Positions 17,884 to 45,573 of a DNA stretch of 64,000 nucleotides are shown here, piece by piece. The notes under the pieces are model-generated. The model did no database searches and had not been told where the DNA came from. It saw only the letters and a program-made list of their open reading frames with translations. A program made the translations under genes and the position numbers. Every line of letters begins with the position of its first letter. The first letter of the stretch is position 1. This DNA comes from Salpingoeca rosetta (taxonomy: Eukaryota > Protista > Choanoflagellata), in NCBI GenBank assembly GCA_033442325.1, contig JAWQFM010000004.1:1357917-1421916 (forward strand), read 5' to 3'.

Positions 17884-18115
17884 ATGCTTCGACCCCACGT
17901 TGTGAGTGCCCATGCTTGTCGACAGTCAATGTGTGTATGTGTGAGTGCGTGTATTGTGTGTGGGCAAGTGAGTGAATGAGTGTGTGTGGGTATAGTGTGT
18001 GTGTGTGTGTGTGAGTGTGTGTGTGTGTGTGAGTGTGTGTGTGTGTGTGTGTGATTGCCTGTCCCTGTGTCTGTGTGCGAGCGTTGTCGTGTGTTATCGA
18101 CTGCCAACGTGTCAG

Positions 18116-18161
<46 letters not shown>

Positions 18162-18383
18162 GATGGACCGGCCGCGCTAGTTAAGTTTCTACTCGAAGGT
18201 ATAGCCCGTCCTACAGCTGTTGTTCTCACGTCGGAGGACTATGGTATGTTTACTCACGAAAAATTAAGTCACAGGAATGTGAGACTTCCTTAATGCATCC
18301 AGGTCTGATTGATCCATATTGCAAAAAAAAACACACAGAAAAAAAAAAAAAAAGCAAAAGAAAATTAAAATTACGAGTACCGT

Positions 18384-18476
<93 letters not shown>

Positions 18477-19405
18477 GTCACTCGCCGCGTTTGCTCACCT
18501 CTTCGCTTCGCTGTTCCTTGTGCAGCCCGTGATACCACGGGAGCCCAGAGACGTTTGGGCGTTTAATCTCGAGGATGAGATCGCGCTCATCCAGGAGACG
18601 GCCATCCACTATCCATACGTGGCCATGGTGCGTTGCTGTACATTTGCCTTCCTCAGAGCTGCTGCTGAATCAGTGCCTGCGGCCGCACACTGCAACAGCT
18701 GGTGCACGGCTCCTGTTTTCGCGGGCGCATACATACTCTCACCGCTGCGTTTCTGCGCTTTGTTTGTGTCGTTCCCACAGAACACGGTGTTCCCTGGCGT
18801 TGTCGGCAAAGTGCTTGGTGATTTCGACTCGGGTAGCGAGCTTGTATTGCAGGAGATAATCGCCAACGTCAACCTGTACGTGTGTGCGCATGTGTGTGTG
18901 TGTGCGTGTGCGTGTGCGTGCGTGTACGTGCGTGCGTGTGTGTGTGTGTGTGCGTGTGCGTGTACGTGTACGTCTGTCTGTCTGTCTGTCGTTTCGACAA
19001 TCGGTGCATTTCCAGCAATTCGCCGTCCTTCCACCCTCACACTCTTCCCGCCTGTGCTACCATCACTCACATTTTTTGTGTCAACCACCACCACCACCAC
19101 CACCACCCCATCCCCGCAGCATGAACATGCTGCAGCTTGGCATCACGCTGCTGGACGAGCAGGGCAATCTCCCGCCAAAGTGCTGCTCGTGGCAAATCAA
19201 CTTCAGAATCGACCTTGCGGCCGACACATACAGCCAGTCGTCGCTGGACCTGCTGCGGTCGACCGGGTTTGACCCGCTGCGTAACGAGCGGGACGGCGTG
19301 TCCCACGAGCAGTTTGCCAGCCTCCTCACCTGCAGCAACCTCGTCCTCTCCGACGACGTCACCTGGATCACCTTTGGAGGGTGCGCGCCCTATGTGTGTG
19401 TGTGT

Positions 19406-19469
<64 letters not shown>

Positions 19470-19721
19470 GTGGGTGGTTGTTGGTGCACACGTCAGTAGG
19501 CGAAGGGCATTGGCATTGTTCATGTGGCAGTTGAACCCACTAGCGCCCTTGAGTGCCTGCCAATCATTGTTCAACTCAACTCACGTCGTGCGCGCGCGTG
19601 TGTATATATGACAGCGGCTTCAACATGGCGTACCTCCTCAAGATTTTGCTTGGCGAATATCTCCCTTACAACTCCAGAGAGTACTTTGAGAACCTCTTGT
19701 ACGTCCTCCATCTCTGGCTGT

Positions 19722-19787
<66 letters not shown>

Positions 19788-20688
19788 TGCGTCCGTTTGT
19801 CTGTCTGGTTGGCTGGTTTTCTGTGGTTGTCTTTGTGAGTCGATCCAATCGCCCATCCCTCACCACCATCTCTCATCACCACCACTACCCTCACCATCAT
19901 CGTGATTGTGACAGCCTGTACTTCCCGCAGTTGTATGACGTGCGGTATCTGGCAGATTCTGTGAAGAATCTCAAGGGCGAACTCCTCGAGATCTCCGAGC
20001 ACCTCAAGGTGAACGATGATGACGATGAGGAACAGGAGCAGGAGGGGTGAGGGGGGATGATGATGATGATGGGTGGTGGAGGTGGTGGTGGAGGTGGAGG
20101 TGGAGGAGGAGGGTGCTGCTGTTGAATAGGTGGAGGTTGAAAGGGCAGCATCGCCTTGGCTGTTTGTGGAGTTGATTCTGCTGCACCGTCGCACTTTCGG
20201 GGTTGCATGTGCACGCCGTTCACCACCATGCCATCCCCGGCACACTCATTGACACGTGCATCTGCCTGTGTCACCATTGCAGATTCCGCGGATGCAAGGA
20301 AACCACTCGGCCGGCAGCAACAGCTACCTCGCCGGGATGGCCTTCTTCAGGATGAGACAGGTGGGCTCATGCTGGTTCGAAAGGTGTACACACACACAGG
20401 CACACACACACACACATCCACACCCACACATATACACACACACACATCTACACCCACACATACACACACACACACACATCCACACCCACGCACACACACA
20501 CACACACACACACCTCCACACACACCTCCACACACACGCACACACACCCACGCACACACACACTCCTTCTCTCACCCAACACACACACACACCTTCACAC
20601 ACATGCGCAGTCGTACTTTGAAGGGGTGATTGATGAGAAGTTCAATGGTGTGCAGCACCTGTTGGAAGGTGCCATGCCCCTCATGTAA
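17884..20688 (+). CDS. CAF1/POP2 (CNOT7/8)-family protein with all four DEDD acidic residues substituted (predicted pseudo-deadenylase), 8 exons
   Basis: Exons encode [18 protein letters not shown]|[44 protein letters not shown]|[42 protein letters not shown] and [15 protein letters not shown]. All junctions examined are GT-AG and in frame. Confidence 0.92.
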
Positions 20689-21887
20689 ACGACACACTCA
20701 AGCACAGGTGTTGTGCGTCGGTGCTTCCCTTGCTTCGCTTGTTCTGTTGTGTCGTTGTGCGTTTTCTTTGTTGTTTCTTTCTTTCTTCTTTTTCTGCGGT
20801 TACACCATGTTCCCAAGTTGCTGCGCCCAGTTCGATGTGTGCAGCAGCAAAGCCCCCCTCCCATCTTTTCATCTTTGGTAATTCGTTGTTTTCTTCCCAT
20901 CACTGTGTGTCACTTCCATTCCTTCCTCCCCTTTTGTCTTTGCTAATTCAACCATGCCCCCCTTCCACCTCCGTTGTCCTTGTTGTTATTGCTGTGCGTG
21001 TGTATGTGTGGCGATGCATACAGTTGCTGCGCTACATTCGCTTGCTCGGTCCCTTCTTTCCACTTCTCTTCTTTGTCTCCTTGCCTCTTTCCTCTCTCTC
21101 TCCCTCCTCTACTCTCTCTTCGTCCCGTGCACTCCCTTGTCTCTCTTCTCTTCACTACCTGCCTCCGTTATTCGGATTTCGCTTCGCGTGCATGTGTGCG
21201 TGTATGTGTGCGTGTGTATGTTGTGTGTGTATGTTGTGTGCGTGTGTGTGTATGTTGTGCGTGTGTGTTTGTGTGTAAACTGCTAAAGCGCTTGCAGCGC
21301 GATTATTTCACCCATTGCGTGCTGCACTGTTCATATCTGTGTTGTGTGCGCACCCTGTCCACGCTGTTTGGTGGCGCTGTTTGTTGCTGTTCTTCCTGGT
21401 GGCGGTGCTTAGGTTCGTGATTGCCACCTGTGGAATGAATGGTCAATTGTTGAGCCCTCCACGCGTTGGACACGTGTGCTGTGTGCGTGGTTTTGTTTCA
21501 TTGGTTAGTCGAAACCTCTGATGGTGATGCTGGTGCTGATGGTGTGCTGACTGAGATGGTTGTGGTGGCTAATACACCATGTGTTGGTGTTGGTGCATGT
21601 TGCGTGTTGACCTGCCCTGCCATATCTCCTCTTGGAGGATAGAGGGCCAATGCATGGCCTCAGCACGGACAACAATACATGCGCTCTCTTCCATCTTGAC
21701 ACGGACACCGTTGAAGACGCTGATGTATGTTACGTGTATTATCGATCATTATGCACACACACACGCACACCAGCAAGCAAAGGGAGGTGAGACAACCAAA
21801 CAAAAGCAAACCAATCAACAGTAGCAGCAACCACAACAAACACGACAGCACGTCACCACCACCACCACCACCACCACATCACCGTCA

Positions 21888-23536
<1,649 letters not shown>

Positions 23537-23649
23537 CGTGCTCAAGAGGGGTGGTGTGATGTCGTGCGGTCGCTCTTCTCCTCTTTCTCCTCTTTTCTCT
23601 CTTGTTGTGGTTGTGGAGGATTCATGGAAGATATGAACATTTATCGACC

Positions 23650-23700
23650 ATGGATGAGGCCGTTATCGCTGTGCGTTCATGGCAGGACTTTGCTGTGCTC

Positions 23701-23771
<71 letters not shown>

Positions 23772-23827
23772 TGTGTCTGTGTGTGTGAGTGTGTGTGTGT
23801 GTCTGTGTGTGTGTCTGTCTGTCTGTC

Positions 23828-23860
<33 letters not shown>

Positions 23861-24313
23861 GTCTTTCTCTCTGTGCCTACATGTACAAAGTGCTTCTTCT
23901 CTGCACTGTTGCTTCCAACTCAACCCACCACTGCAATGTGCGCGACAGTTGGTTGGCCACTCGTTGGCCGAGAAGAAGGCCATCGCTGCCAGGCTGCGAC
24001 TTCACTCGCCGCTACAGCTGGAAATGTGAGCGCAGTGTATCTTTGGGGTTTGTGTGCACACGATTCTCCGACCACAGACGTGTCTTGCTTCAATTCTGTC
24101 ACCACCCACGCGTCTCTTTCTCACGCCCTTCCTCCCCTTCCCCTCGTCGCACTCGTCGCACTCTTCCCACTCACCATGAAGCCACTCTGCACCGACCTTG
24201 TCGGCAGCGCCAGTGGCCAGTGATGCATACATCATCTTGCTGGATCTCTCCCAGCCCGCACAGTGAGTGACGCGCCCTGTGCTTGCCTTTTCAGCGAGCA
24301 ACCGCCAAACAGC

Positions 24314-24366
<53 letters not shown>

Positions 24367-25035
24367 ACACCGCCATGCTTACAAGTGCATGCACATGCCA
24401 TGCCGGACAGGATTGAGGATCTACAGTCGTCAATATCAGCGTCCATGCTGAACAAGACCTTACTTGTCTTCTACGGTGCGTGCGTGCGTGTGTGTTTCTG
24501 TGCGTGTGCTATCACATGGGAGAGTGCGTACCAGCGTGTCAGTGCTTGTGCGCATCAGTGTGTCTTCATGATTCCTGTGACCAACCTCATGCCATGTATT
24601 TGTGTCAATTACCAGTCCCGCAGCAAGGCTCCCAAGTGGTTGAGATGGACAGCATACTTGATCTAATCGACTTTGACATTCCGTACACCTTCGTCGACTT
24701 TGCAGTCAGTCACAGCTGCGTCTGCATGAACGAGACCCCGCATGCGTGCGTCCGTGTTTGCGTGTGTGCATGTGTGCATGGCTGCATGCAACGTGTGTGT
24801 GTGCGTGTGTCATCTTGAATCCCTATGACCACTCACACCCATCCCCACCCATCCAAACACCCTGCAGGCCGAGTCCAGCGTGCGTGCGCTCGTGCAGCGT
24901 ATCGAGTCGCTAGTGCAGGTGTCGACGGGCGCGTGTCTCGGTTACAGCGTTGCCCTCGCCCGCTCCGCCATACAGCAGCGCACGCGCGCAACAGTCGCCA
25001 CAGAACACGCCAGCATGGACACGTCTGCTCCATGA
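23650..25035 (+). CDS. Probable centromere protein M (CENP-M) pseudo-GTPase, ~6 short exons
   Basis: Spliced product ..DFA/LVGHSLAEKKAIAARL..EIDAYIILLDLSQPAQIEDLQSSISASMLNKTLLVFYVPQQGSQVVEMDSILDLIDFDIPYTFVDFAAESSVRALVQRIESLVQVSTGACLGYSVAL is collinear with recalled human CENP-M over ~170 aa. Confidence 0.6.
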
Positions 25036-25400
25036 AACGAAAGAGGTGTTGTGTGTGTGTGCTTGTGTGTGTGTGTGTGTGTGTGTGTGTACGTGCGTGT
25101 TATGTTTGTGTTTGTATGTGTGCGGTTTCAACTTTGTCGCCACGCTCGTCTCTCAGCTCTCAGGGTCATGGTTCCGTCATTTGCAGCTGTCAGTGTTCGT
25201 GTGTGTACTTGGGGAGGGAGAGTGGATGGAAGGAAAGGAGGGAAGAGCAAGACAGAGCATGACACGCGTTCGTGCAGCAAATGCGGGTGCACAGAGCACT
25301 TGCATCAGCAGCGCTCACATGCAAGCGATGCGTGCGTGCGTGCGTGGTGCAATTTTGTGCTTGTTGTTTGCTGGCATTTGCTTGCAGGCACGGGGCGCAT

Positions 25401-29130
<3,730 letters not shown>

Positions 29131-29458
29131 CTTGAGGGAGACACAACACACAAGAGAGAGAGGAGAGAGAGAAGCTTGGCTGGCTGTGTATTGGGTTGGT
29201 TAACGAAAATTGCGTGTGTCTTCCACAACATTCGTGCCTTTCTGGGAATAGTGGCGGCAGTTGTGGCGAGAGCGAACAAGAACAAGAACGACAGCGGCTG
29301 GGGTGGCACGCTGGTGGTAGACAATTGCTTTCCTCTCTCTTGTCCTACTTGAGGGCTTTTGACAGACAAAGGGACGTTGAGACGAGCCTGTGAAGAAGAG
29401 GTGTGTTTTGTTTGTGTGTGGGATACGTGCGCCGTTACAGTCACAAGCTGACTGCGTC

Positions 29459-29775
29459 NNNNNNNNNNNNNNNNNNNNNNNNNNNNNNNNNNNNNNNNNN
29501 NNNNNNNNNNNNNNNNNNNNNNNNNNNNNNNNNNNNNNNNNNNNNNNNNNNNNNNNNNNNNNNNNNNNNNNNNNNNNNNNNNNNNNNNNNNNNNNNNNNN
29601 NNNNNNNNNNNNNNNNNNNNNNNNNNNNNNNNNNNNNNNNNNNNNNNNNNNNNNNNNNNNNNNNNNNNNNNNNNNNNNNNNNNNNNNNNNNNNNNNNNNN
29701 NNNNNNNNNNNNNNNNNNNNNNNNNNNNNNNNNNNNNNNNNNNNNNNNNNNNNNNNNNNNNNNNNNNNNNNNNNN
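29459..29775. other. Assembly gap (317 N), probably hiding the 5' exons of importin-alpha
   Basis: Run of N. Confidence 1.
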
Positions 29776-29831
29776 GCATTGGTGTGCGTGAGCAAGTGTA
29801 GTGCGTGTGTGCGTAGCATGTGTATGCGCGT

Positions 29832-29920
<89 letters not shown>

Positions 29921-30026
29921 AACCTTGGCTTGTTTTCTTTGTGCATGTACGCTTGCAATCACAGCTGCCGCATTTCTCACATACGCACACACGTACCACC
30001 ATCACCGCCACCGCTATTGTTGCTAG

Positions 30027-31641
30027 TTTGAGGCCATCTGGTGCATCACGAACATTGCGGCGGGCGACACGTATCACACGCAGGTCGTGGCGGAGTGCGA
30101 GGCCGTGCCCACCCTCATCTCCCTCCTCTCACGCGGCACAGACCGCATCAGGGAACAGGTGCGCCGGGCACACATTTACTAGCTGTGGCTGTGTGTGTGT
30201 GTGTGCGTGTGTGCGTGTGTGTGCGTGTGTATGCATGTGTGTGCTTGTGTGTGCGTGTGTACATCGGGCGATGAACATGCTCATCTCGCCACAGTTCATC
30301 TCACCACCATCATCATCATCACCACCATCATCATCACTGCACGTGCGTGCGCGTGTGTCATCAGGCCGCGTGGGCGCTGGGAAACATTGCGGGCGACTCT
30401 GAGATGATGCGCGATTACGTGATTGAATGCGGCGTGGTCGAGCCGCTCAAGAAGTGAGAACAGCGGCAGCGGCGGTGGAGATGGTGGTGATGGGGAATTG
30501 TGATGAGGTGTTTGTTGGCGGTGATCGCGATGATACTGCTGCTCACATGCATCTACCCACATCCTCGACATCACCACCAACACCATCATCATCATCATCA
30601 TCGTCACCATCACCACCTTTGCAGGTTGATCCAGACGAGTGGGCAGGTGCCGCTGCTGCGCAATGCGTCGTGGGCGGTGACAAATCTGTGCCGCGGCAAC
30701 AAACCGCCGCCAGCACCGGCAGCCGTCCGCCCGTTTCTCGCCACCCTCCTCAAGCTCCTGCACTCTGGCGACGACGAGATTGTCATCAGTGCGTGGCTGC
30801 TGATGGTGGTGGTGGTGGTGGTTTGTGTGTCTTTGGTGTTGTGTGTGGTTGATTTGGTTTGTTCTTGTGTGTTGTGTGTCGTTGACTGAGCTGCAGGAGG
30901 TTTCCACCGCCTTGTACTGCTCGCAATCACAACACCTCACACACATCACACATAATACCTCACACACAATACCTCACAACACACACACACACATCCACCT
31001 GTGTGGCGCAGACGGGTGCTGGTGTGCGGTGTTCCTGAGCATCGGCTCCACAGACAACATCCAGCAAGTTATTGAGACGGGCGCATGCGCAAAACTCGTC
31101 GAGCTCCTGCTGTACGTTCCTCCTTTACTTCTGGTGATGAGGGTGGTGGCAGTGGTGATTGATGCCCACATGCGTGTAAGTTTGGTGTTTATTTGTGCCC
31201 GCGTGATCATGTGTTCATGCGTGTCCAGTGTGCACCTCACGGAATACCCGTTTCTTTGTGCTGTTCAGACACGACAAGTGGGCGGTGGTGACGCCGGCGT
31301 TGCGGGCCCTTGGAAACATCGTCACAGGAAACGACATCCAGACACAGGTCTGCACACATGCACATGCCTTCATGTGCACACATGTGCTCATTTATTGTGC
31401 AGTGCCTTGTGTAAATGTGTGCATGTTGTGGAATGTGTGTTGTGTGATGTGTGTGTGTGTGTGTGTTTCCTGTATGTTCCATGCGTTGCGCCATCCCTTC
31501 ACACCGCCACAAACACATGCCTGTTGTCGCCGCTTGTGTTCAGGTCGTTATGAACAACAGCATTTTGCCAGCGCTGCACTCCGTAATGAAGCGTGCATCG
31601 GTGAGCCTTTTTGAATCCAGTCCTTGTGCTTGTGTGTGTGT

Positions 31642-31685
<44 letters not shown>

Positions 31686-32840
31686 AGCATGAACTTGCCA
31701 AAGTGGCCTAACGACTTTGTTGACGTTCGTCCCACCGAACCTTGACATAAGCTACCATTCCCTACAACTACGGCCACAAGACTCAGCGCCCCTGTTCTTA
31801 CTACACTGTGGGCCTCATATCTCTAATACAATGGCCCAAACAGTATAACCGCGATAGTTCCCCCAAACTTCCAGTTCGGTGCCCCAACCGTTAAATCCTC
31901 GGCAAAACTACATCCAGCCCCGTATGTTGCTCCCTGATTGCATGGTGATTGAGACTACTATGCGATGCGTTGCTAGTGCGACTGTTATCAGCCCTTCTCT
32001 CTCGACAAGTTCCTGTCTCATACCATCCCGCGGAGTGAAACTGCGGGATAGCTCAGGGTGTCAGCCGCGCCTATTCGCGGAAAATCTTTCCATGTTTCTG
32101 ACATACGAACCTATCTCCCGCTAAGGTAACCAAGAACAGAACGCCTCGTGGCACACCCGTATAAATCATACTAGTGAGACCAAGATGGTGTGTGTGTGTG
32201 TGTGTGTGTGCATGAGCTTGCCTCTCCATCTCCATCTCCGTCCGCATGTCTCGTTGGAGCACACGAACACGTGCCTGCTGCTTACCGCCCCCCTCCCCAT
32301 GGCTTTAACTGCTGCCAGCGGGCTGTCAAGAAGGAGTGCCTGTGGGTTCTCTCCAACATTCTCGCCGGAACAGACGCACAAATCCAGGTGCGTGCGATGT
32401 GTGTGTGTGTGTGTGTGTGTTGGGCTGTGATGACACTGAGCACTGGAAAGCCCAAGTTCTCGCGTTCACCACCCTTATCCCTTGCCCCTCCCCACCGTGC
32501 ACTGCAGGCTGTGATTGACGCGAATTTGATCCAGCTTGTGCTTGATTCGCTCGAGCACGGCGAATTCCGTGTGCAGCGTGAGGCCGCGTGGGCGCTCTGC
32601 AATGCCCTCGCCAGCGGCGCCGACGACCAAATCAGGTCAAGTCGTGGGTGGGTGTGTGTGTGTGTGCGCCCGCCCTTTTGAGTCTGCATACCCCTCTCTT
32701 TGTGTGAATGTTCATCTCCTCATGCGCTCTTTCCGCTCCGTCACACCAACAGGTTCATGGTGTCACAGGGATGCATCCCTCCCCTCTGCGCAATGCTCAA
32801 GAAACACGACGCCAAACTCGTCGGGGTGAGCACCTGCAGT

Positions 32841-32923
<83 letters not shown>

Positions 32924-33701
32924 ATGTCTGAGTGTGTGCATGTCTGAGTGTGTGCGAGGCTCATTATGCTCTCATTGTTCTCTCTTCTCCTTGTCTCACC
33001 GCACCCCCCTCCCACACACACACACTTCCACTCCCCCCCCACCCCCAATCTCTCCTTCAGGTTGTGCTGCAAGGGCTGTACAGCATATTGACGGTTGGAA
33101 AGCGCCCGGCCGGCGAACAAAACGACTTCCACGACGCCATTGAGCAGTGCGGTGGTGAGTGCAAGACAGTGGTGGTGGTTGCAGTGATGGCCGGTGTAGT
33201 GGTGGCTGTAGAAAGTGGTGATGATGGTGATGATGGTGGTTGTCGTCGTGATGGCGTTTACACATTACACGTCAGCGTGTTCACTTCAAGACCTGCCCGT
33301 TCATGCATGGTCACACGACGTGCTCCCAATGTTAAACCATTCCAACCACCTGGCCAACTGTTCAGGTCTTGAGACACTGATGCTGCTGGCCGTTGATGAG
33401 AACGAGAACATCAGTCGTCGCAGCCGTCTCCTGCTCGAAAAATTCCTCCAGCCCATGCACGACGCCATGGTCGAGTGAGTAGTTGACTTGGGACCCGGGT
33501 GGGGGGGGGGCTCTTGTGTCTGTGTGTGTCTGTGTGTGTCTGTGTGTGTCTGTGTGTGTGTCGCCTCTGTTTCAACCTTTTCTCCTGACCGTCATTTCTG
33601 ACCGAAACGTTTGTTTCGTCTGCAGGTTGGATCCGGACTTTGACGGACACATGTACTCGGTGGATCAGATGCACGTCACCCCAAGCAATTACCACGTCTG
33701 A
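30027..33701 (+). CDS. Importin-alpha (karyopherin alpha) family ARM-repeat protein, 5' end not visible
   Basis: Exons encode [73 protein letters not shown] and [11 protein letters not shown]. Confidence 0.92.
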
Positions 33702-33839
33702 CAACGACGCCGACGACGATGATGGTGGTGGTGGCCATGGTGGTTGTGCTCGTGATGTGATGTGATACGATGGGTGCTCAACAACGTGCATTTCTTGTGT
33801 TGGTTTGTGATGTGAGCCGCTCTCAGCAGCATTAATTGC

Positions 33840-33933
<94 letters not shown>

Positions 33934-34164
33934 TTGTCGCATGGCTTATGATTCGTTCCAATTTATGACGAGAAAGTAAAGAGAACGCAAACAACCATTC
34001 CACACTCCCATCCCGTGCTGTTAACGTAACGTGTCGATTGATCAGAAAGGGGGTCACACAACGCATGCACACAAAACTCGCTGATAAGCGTAAGCACCAC
34101 CACCACCACCAGCACACAGAAACAGGCGTCACCATCATCGGTGCGCGTGCAGCCATGAGCATGG

Positions 34165-43303
<9,139 letters not shown>

Positions 43304-43913
43304 GGTCCCGGTCAGGCAGGCGAACAGTGGTGCGACGTGGTGCGACGTGTCAGCAGCAGTAGAACGGGCGTGTGTTGTGTCGCTCGCTGGCTGTTGTGGT
43401 GGCTGTTGTATTGGGTTTTGCGCGCGAACACGACTCAGCAGGCGACACGACGACATGCGGAAATATTGTAAGATGTGGGGAGGATGAGGATGAGATCGAG
43501 ATCGAGAACATGCGGCCGCAGTTGTCTGCCACCTGCTCTCTGTTTAGACCTGCGCCTCGTCACCCGTTCACTGCGCGAGATGCAAGGAGATCAAATAACT
43601 GAGGGGGGTGTCGCTCTCTGTCGCTGTGCATTACTGAAGTGCAGTTGTGTTGTTGTACTTGAAGACTTGTTCTACTTGTTGTGACAATGGGGAAGTTGAA
43701 GTTGGGGCGGTTGAGGTCAAGGAGGAAACAAAGAAACAAGGAGCGAAGTCAGGGACGCAAAGGACAATAATGAAAGGTAGAGGAACTGAGGGAGCAGTGG
43801 TTGAGTTGACTTGAGGAACACAACATGAAAGAAGAGAGCAACAACGACGCAAATGATAAAAGAAGTGGGTGAACAAGACTACAAGAGACGACAAGAGTAA
43901 ACATGCAGACGTC

Positions 43914-45200
43914 TCAACATCCCGGATCGATGACGAGAACAGACTCTGAGTAAAATGGGATGGCGTAGACGAGGCCATTGTCAGTGAGCACGCCGCCGTA
44001 CCACTTGGCATCCCCGTTAAGGTTTTGAATTGTCGTCGTGTCGGTGGTGTTTGTGGTTGGATTGAAGATGAAGACTGATGGTGATTTGTATGGGATGCCG
44101 ATGATGTTGCCGTTGGGTGCAAGCACGCCGCCGACCCACTTTCCTGAACCCGTGGAATCGGGCACGGCGAGGGTGTCTGCAGTGTTGGTGGTCGGGTTGA
44201 GGACGAGGGTCGTCGCACTAAAGTATGGGATGCCATAGATAAGGCCGTTGCCTGCAAGCACACCACCATACCACTTGGCGCTTGTATCGAAGCCGCTGAT
44301 GGTGGTGAGGTCCATGGTCATGGACTCTGGATTGATGATGAGGACGGAAGGGGCCGTCGTGGGAATACAGTAGATGAGGCCATTGTCTGCTTGCACACCG
44401 CCAAACCACTTGTCACCCTGGCTGGACAGCCCTGACAGCGTGGTGACGCCGGCTGTATTGGTCTCTGGATCAATGCTCAGCACAGAGGTGGCGAAGTAGG
44501 GTATGCCGAAGATGAGGCCGTTGCTGGCTGCCACGCCACTAAACCACTTGCGTTCACCGTCACCAAGTGAATCGATGCTCGAGGTGTCTGCGGTGTTGGT
44601 GTCTGGGTCGATGATGAGCATCGTCTCCCTATTTGAAGGAAGCATGTAGATGAGGCCGTTGTGTGCCAACACGGCACCAGCCCACTTGTAGCTGTCTGTG
44701 CCAAGTCCGGAGATTGTGGTTGTGTCAACGGTGTTGGTGCTGGGGTCGATGATGAGCACGGACGGGGAGTTGAACGGCGCCGCGTAGATCAGGCCGTTGT
44801 TCGCCAGCACACCTCCAAGCCACTTCACACTCAGTGAGTCAAGCTGCCCAAACGTCGTGGCACTTGGGGTGCACACTTCGCCACGGACACGGTCGATGGT
44901 GTTCTGCTGCGCCTCAATCGCCCTCTGCTGCGCGGAGACAGTAATCTGTAGCGCAGCATTGATGCTCTGCTGCGCCGACACGGTGCTCATCAGCGTGCTG
45001 AGCGTCTCGTGCACATTCACGCCGTTCACAAACACTGGCTGGCTCATTGGATCGCTGGTGTTGATGTGAAACGCGCCCGCATCATCCTCCATCAGCGTCA
45101 CCTCTCCACTGGTGGTGAACGGCATCATCGCCAGCAACACGAAAAGCTGCAGCATCACGTGTGCCTGCAGGCCCCCCATCGCTGTCCTTATCAGCGCCAT
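43914..45200 (-). CDS. Intronless predicted secreted coiled-coil + 7-bladed beta-propeller protein (paralog B)
   Basis: 428-aa ORF with the same architecture and repeat order as 11079..12359; ends DPGC*. Confidence 0.9.
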   Translation of the reverse strand: MALIRTAMGGLQAHVMLQLFVLLAMMPFTTSGEVTLMEDDAGAFHINTSDPMSQPVFVNGVNVHETLSTLMSTVSAQQSINAALQITVSAQQRAIEAQQNTIDRVRGEVCTPSATTFGQLDSLSVKWLGGVLANNGLIYAAPFNSPSVLIIDPSTNTVDTTTISGLGTDSYKWAGAVLAHNGLIYMLPSNRETMLIIDPDTNTADTSSIDSLGDGERKWFSGVAASNGLIFGIPYFATSVLSIDPETNTAGVTTLSGLSSQGDKWFGGVQADNGLIYCIPTTAPSVLIINPESMTMDLTTISGFDTSAKWYGGVLAGNGLIYGIPYFSATTLVLNPTTNTADTLAVPDSTGSGKWVGGVLAPNGNIIGIPYKSPSVFIFNPTTNTTDTTTIQNLNGDAKWYGGVLTDNGLVYAIPFYSESVLVIDPGC

Positions 45201-45517
45201 CTTGTTCTTCCTTGTGGACAGGTGGATGCTGTCCTGGCCTGAGGTGAGTGAGACACAGGATTGAAAGATTGGTCTTCTTCTTTTTGTTGTTGGAAGGGAA
45301 GAAAAGGACCGAAATCACAACACAGAAACACGCTTCACAAGTGTGTTGAGTGTGTGAATGAGTGAGTATGGTTGTCCGGTTGCGTGTTGAGACGAGGTTG
45401 ACTGTGCTTGTGCGAGTGTGAGTGCATTGCTGGCATTGAGCACTCACAGGCACAGCGTGTGCTTGGTGACGATGGCGGTGACGTTGTCCACCTTTGTGAA
45501 CGCTTTGAACGCGACTA

Positions 45518-45573
<56 letters not shown>

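Noticed and set aside
18162-18385. AT-rich block with poly-A runs inside CAF1 intron 1 (possible retro-insert)
   Set aside because: It sits between two (CA)n tracts with no target-site duplication or recognisable element; most likely poor-quality sequence.
18781-20321. A-to-I editing restoring CAF1 activity (all three Asn codons are AAC, one edit away from GAC)
   Set aside because: The catalytic Glu position is GTG (Val), which A-to-I editing cannot repair. AAC is also the common Asn codon here, and ADARs are not established outside animals.
20690-21880. Long T-rich region between CAF1 and MMTAG2-like
   Set aside because: No coherent exons found; consistent with convergent 3' UTRs.
31686-32186. 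~500-bp compositionally foreign block in an importin intron (possible MITE or foreign insertion)
   Set aside because: No terminal inverted repeats, target-site duplication or credible ORF. It begins 'gagcatgaacttgcc', a garbled version of the real downstream 'gtgcatgagcttgcc', which is typical of a low-quality read tail after (GT)n slippage.
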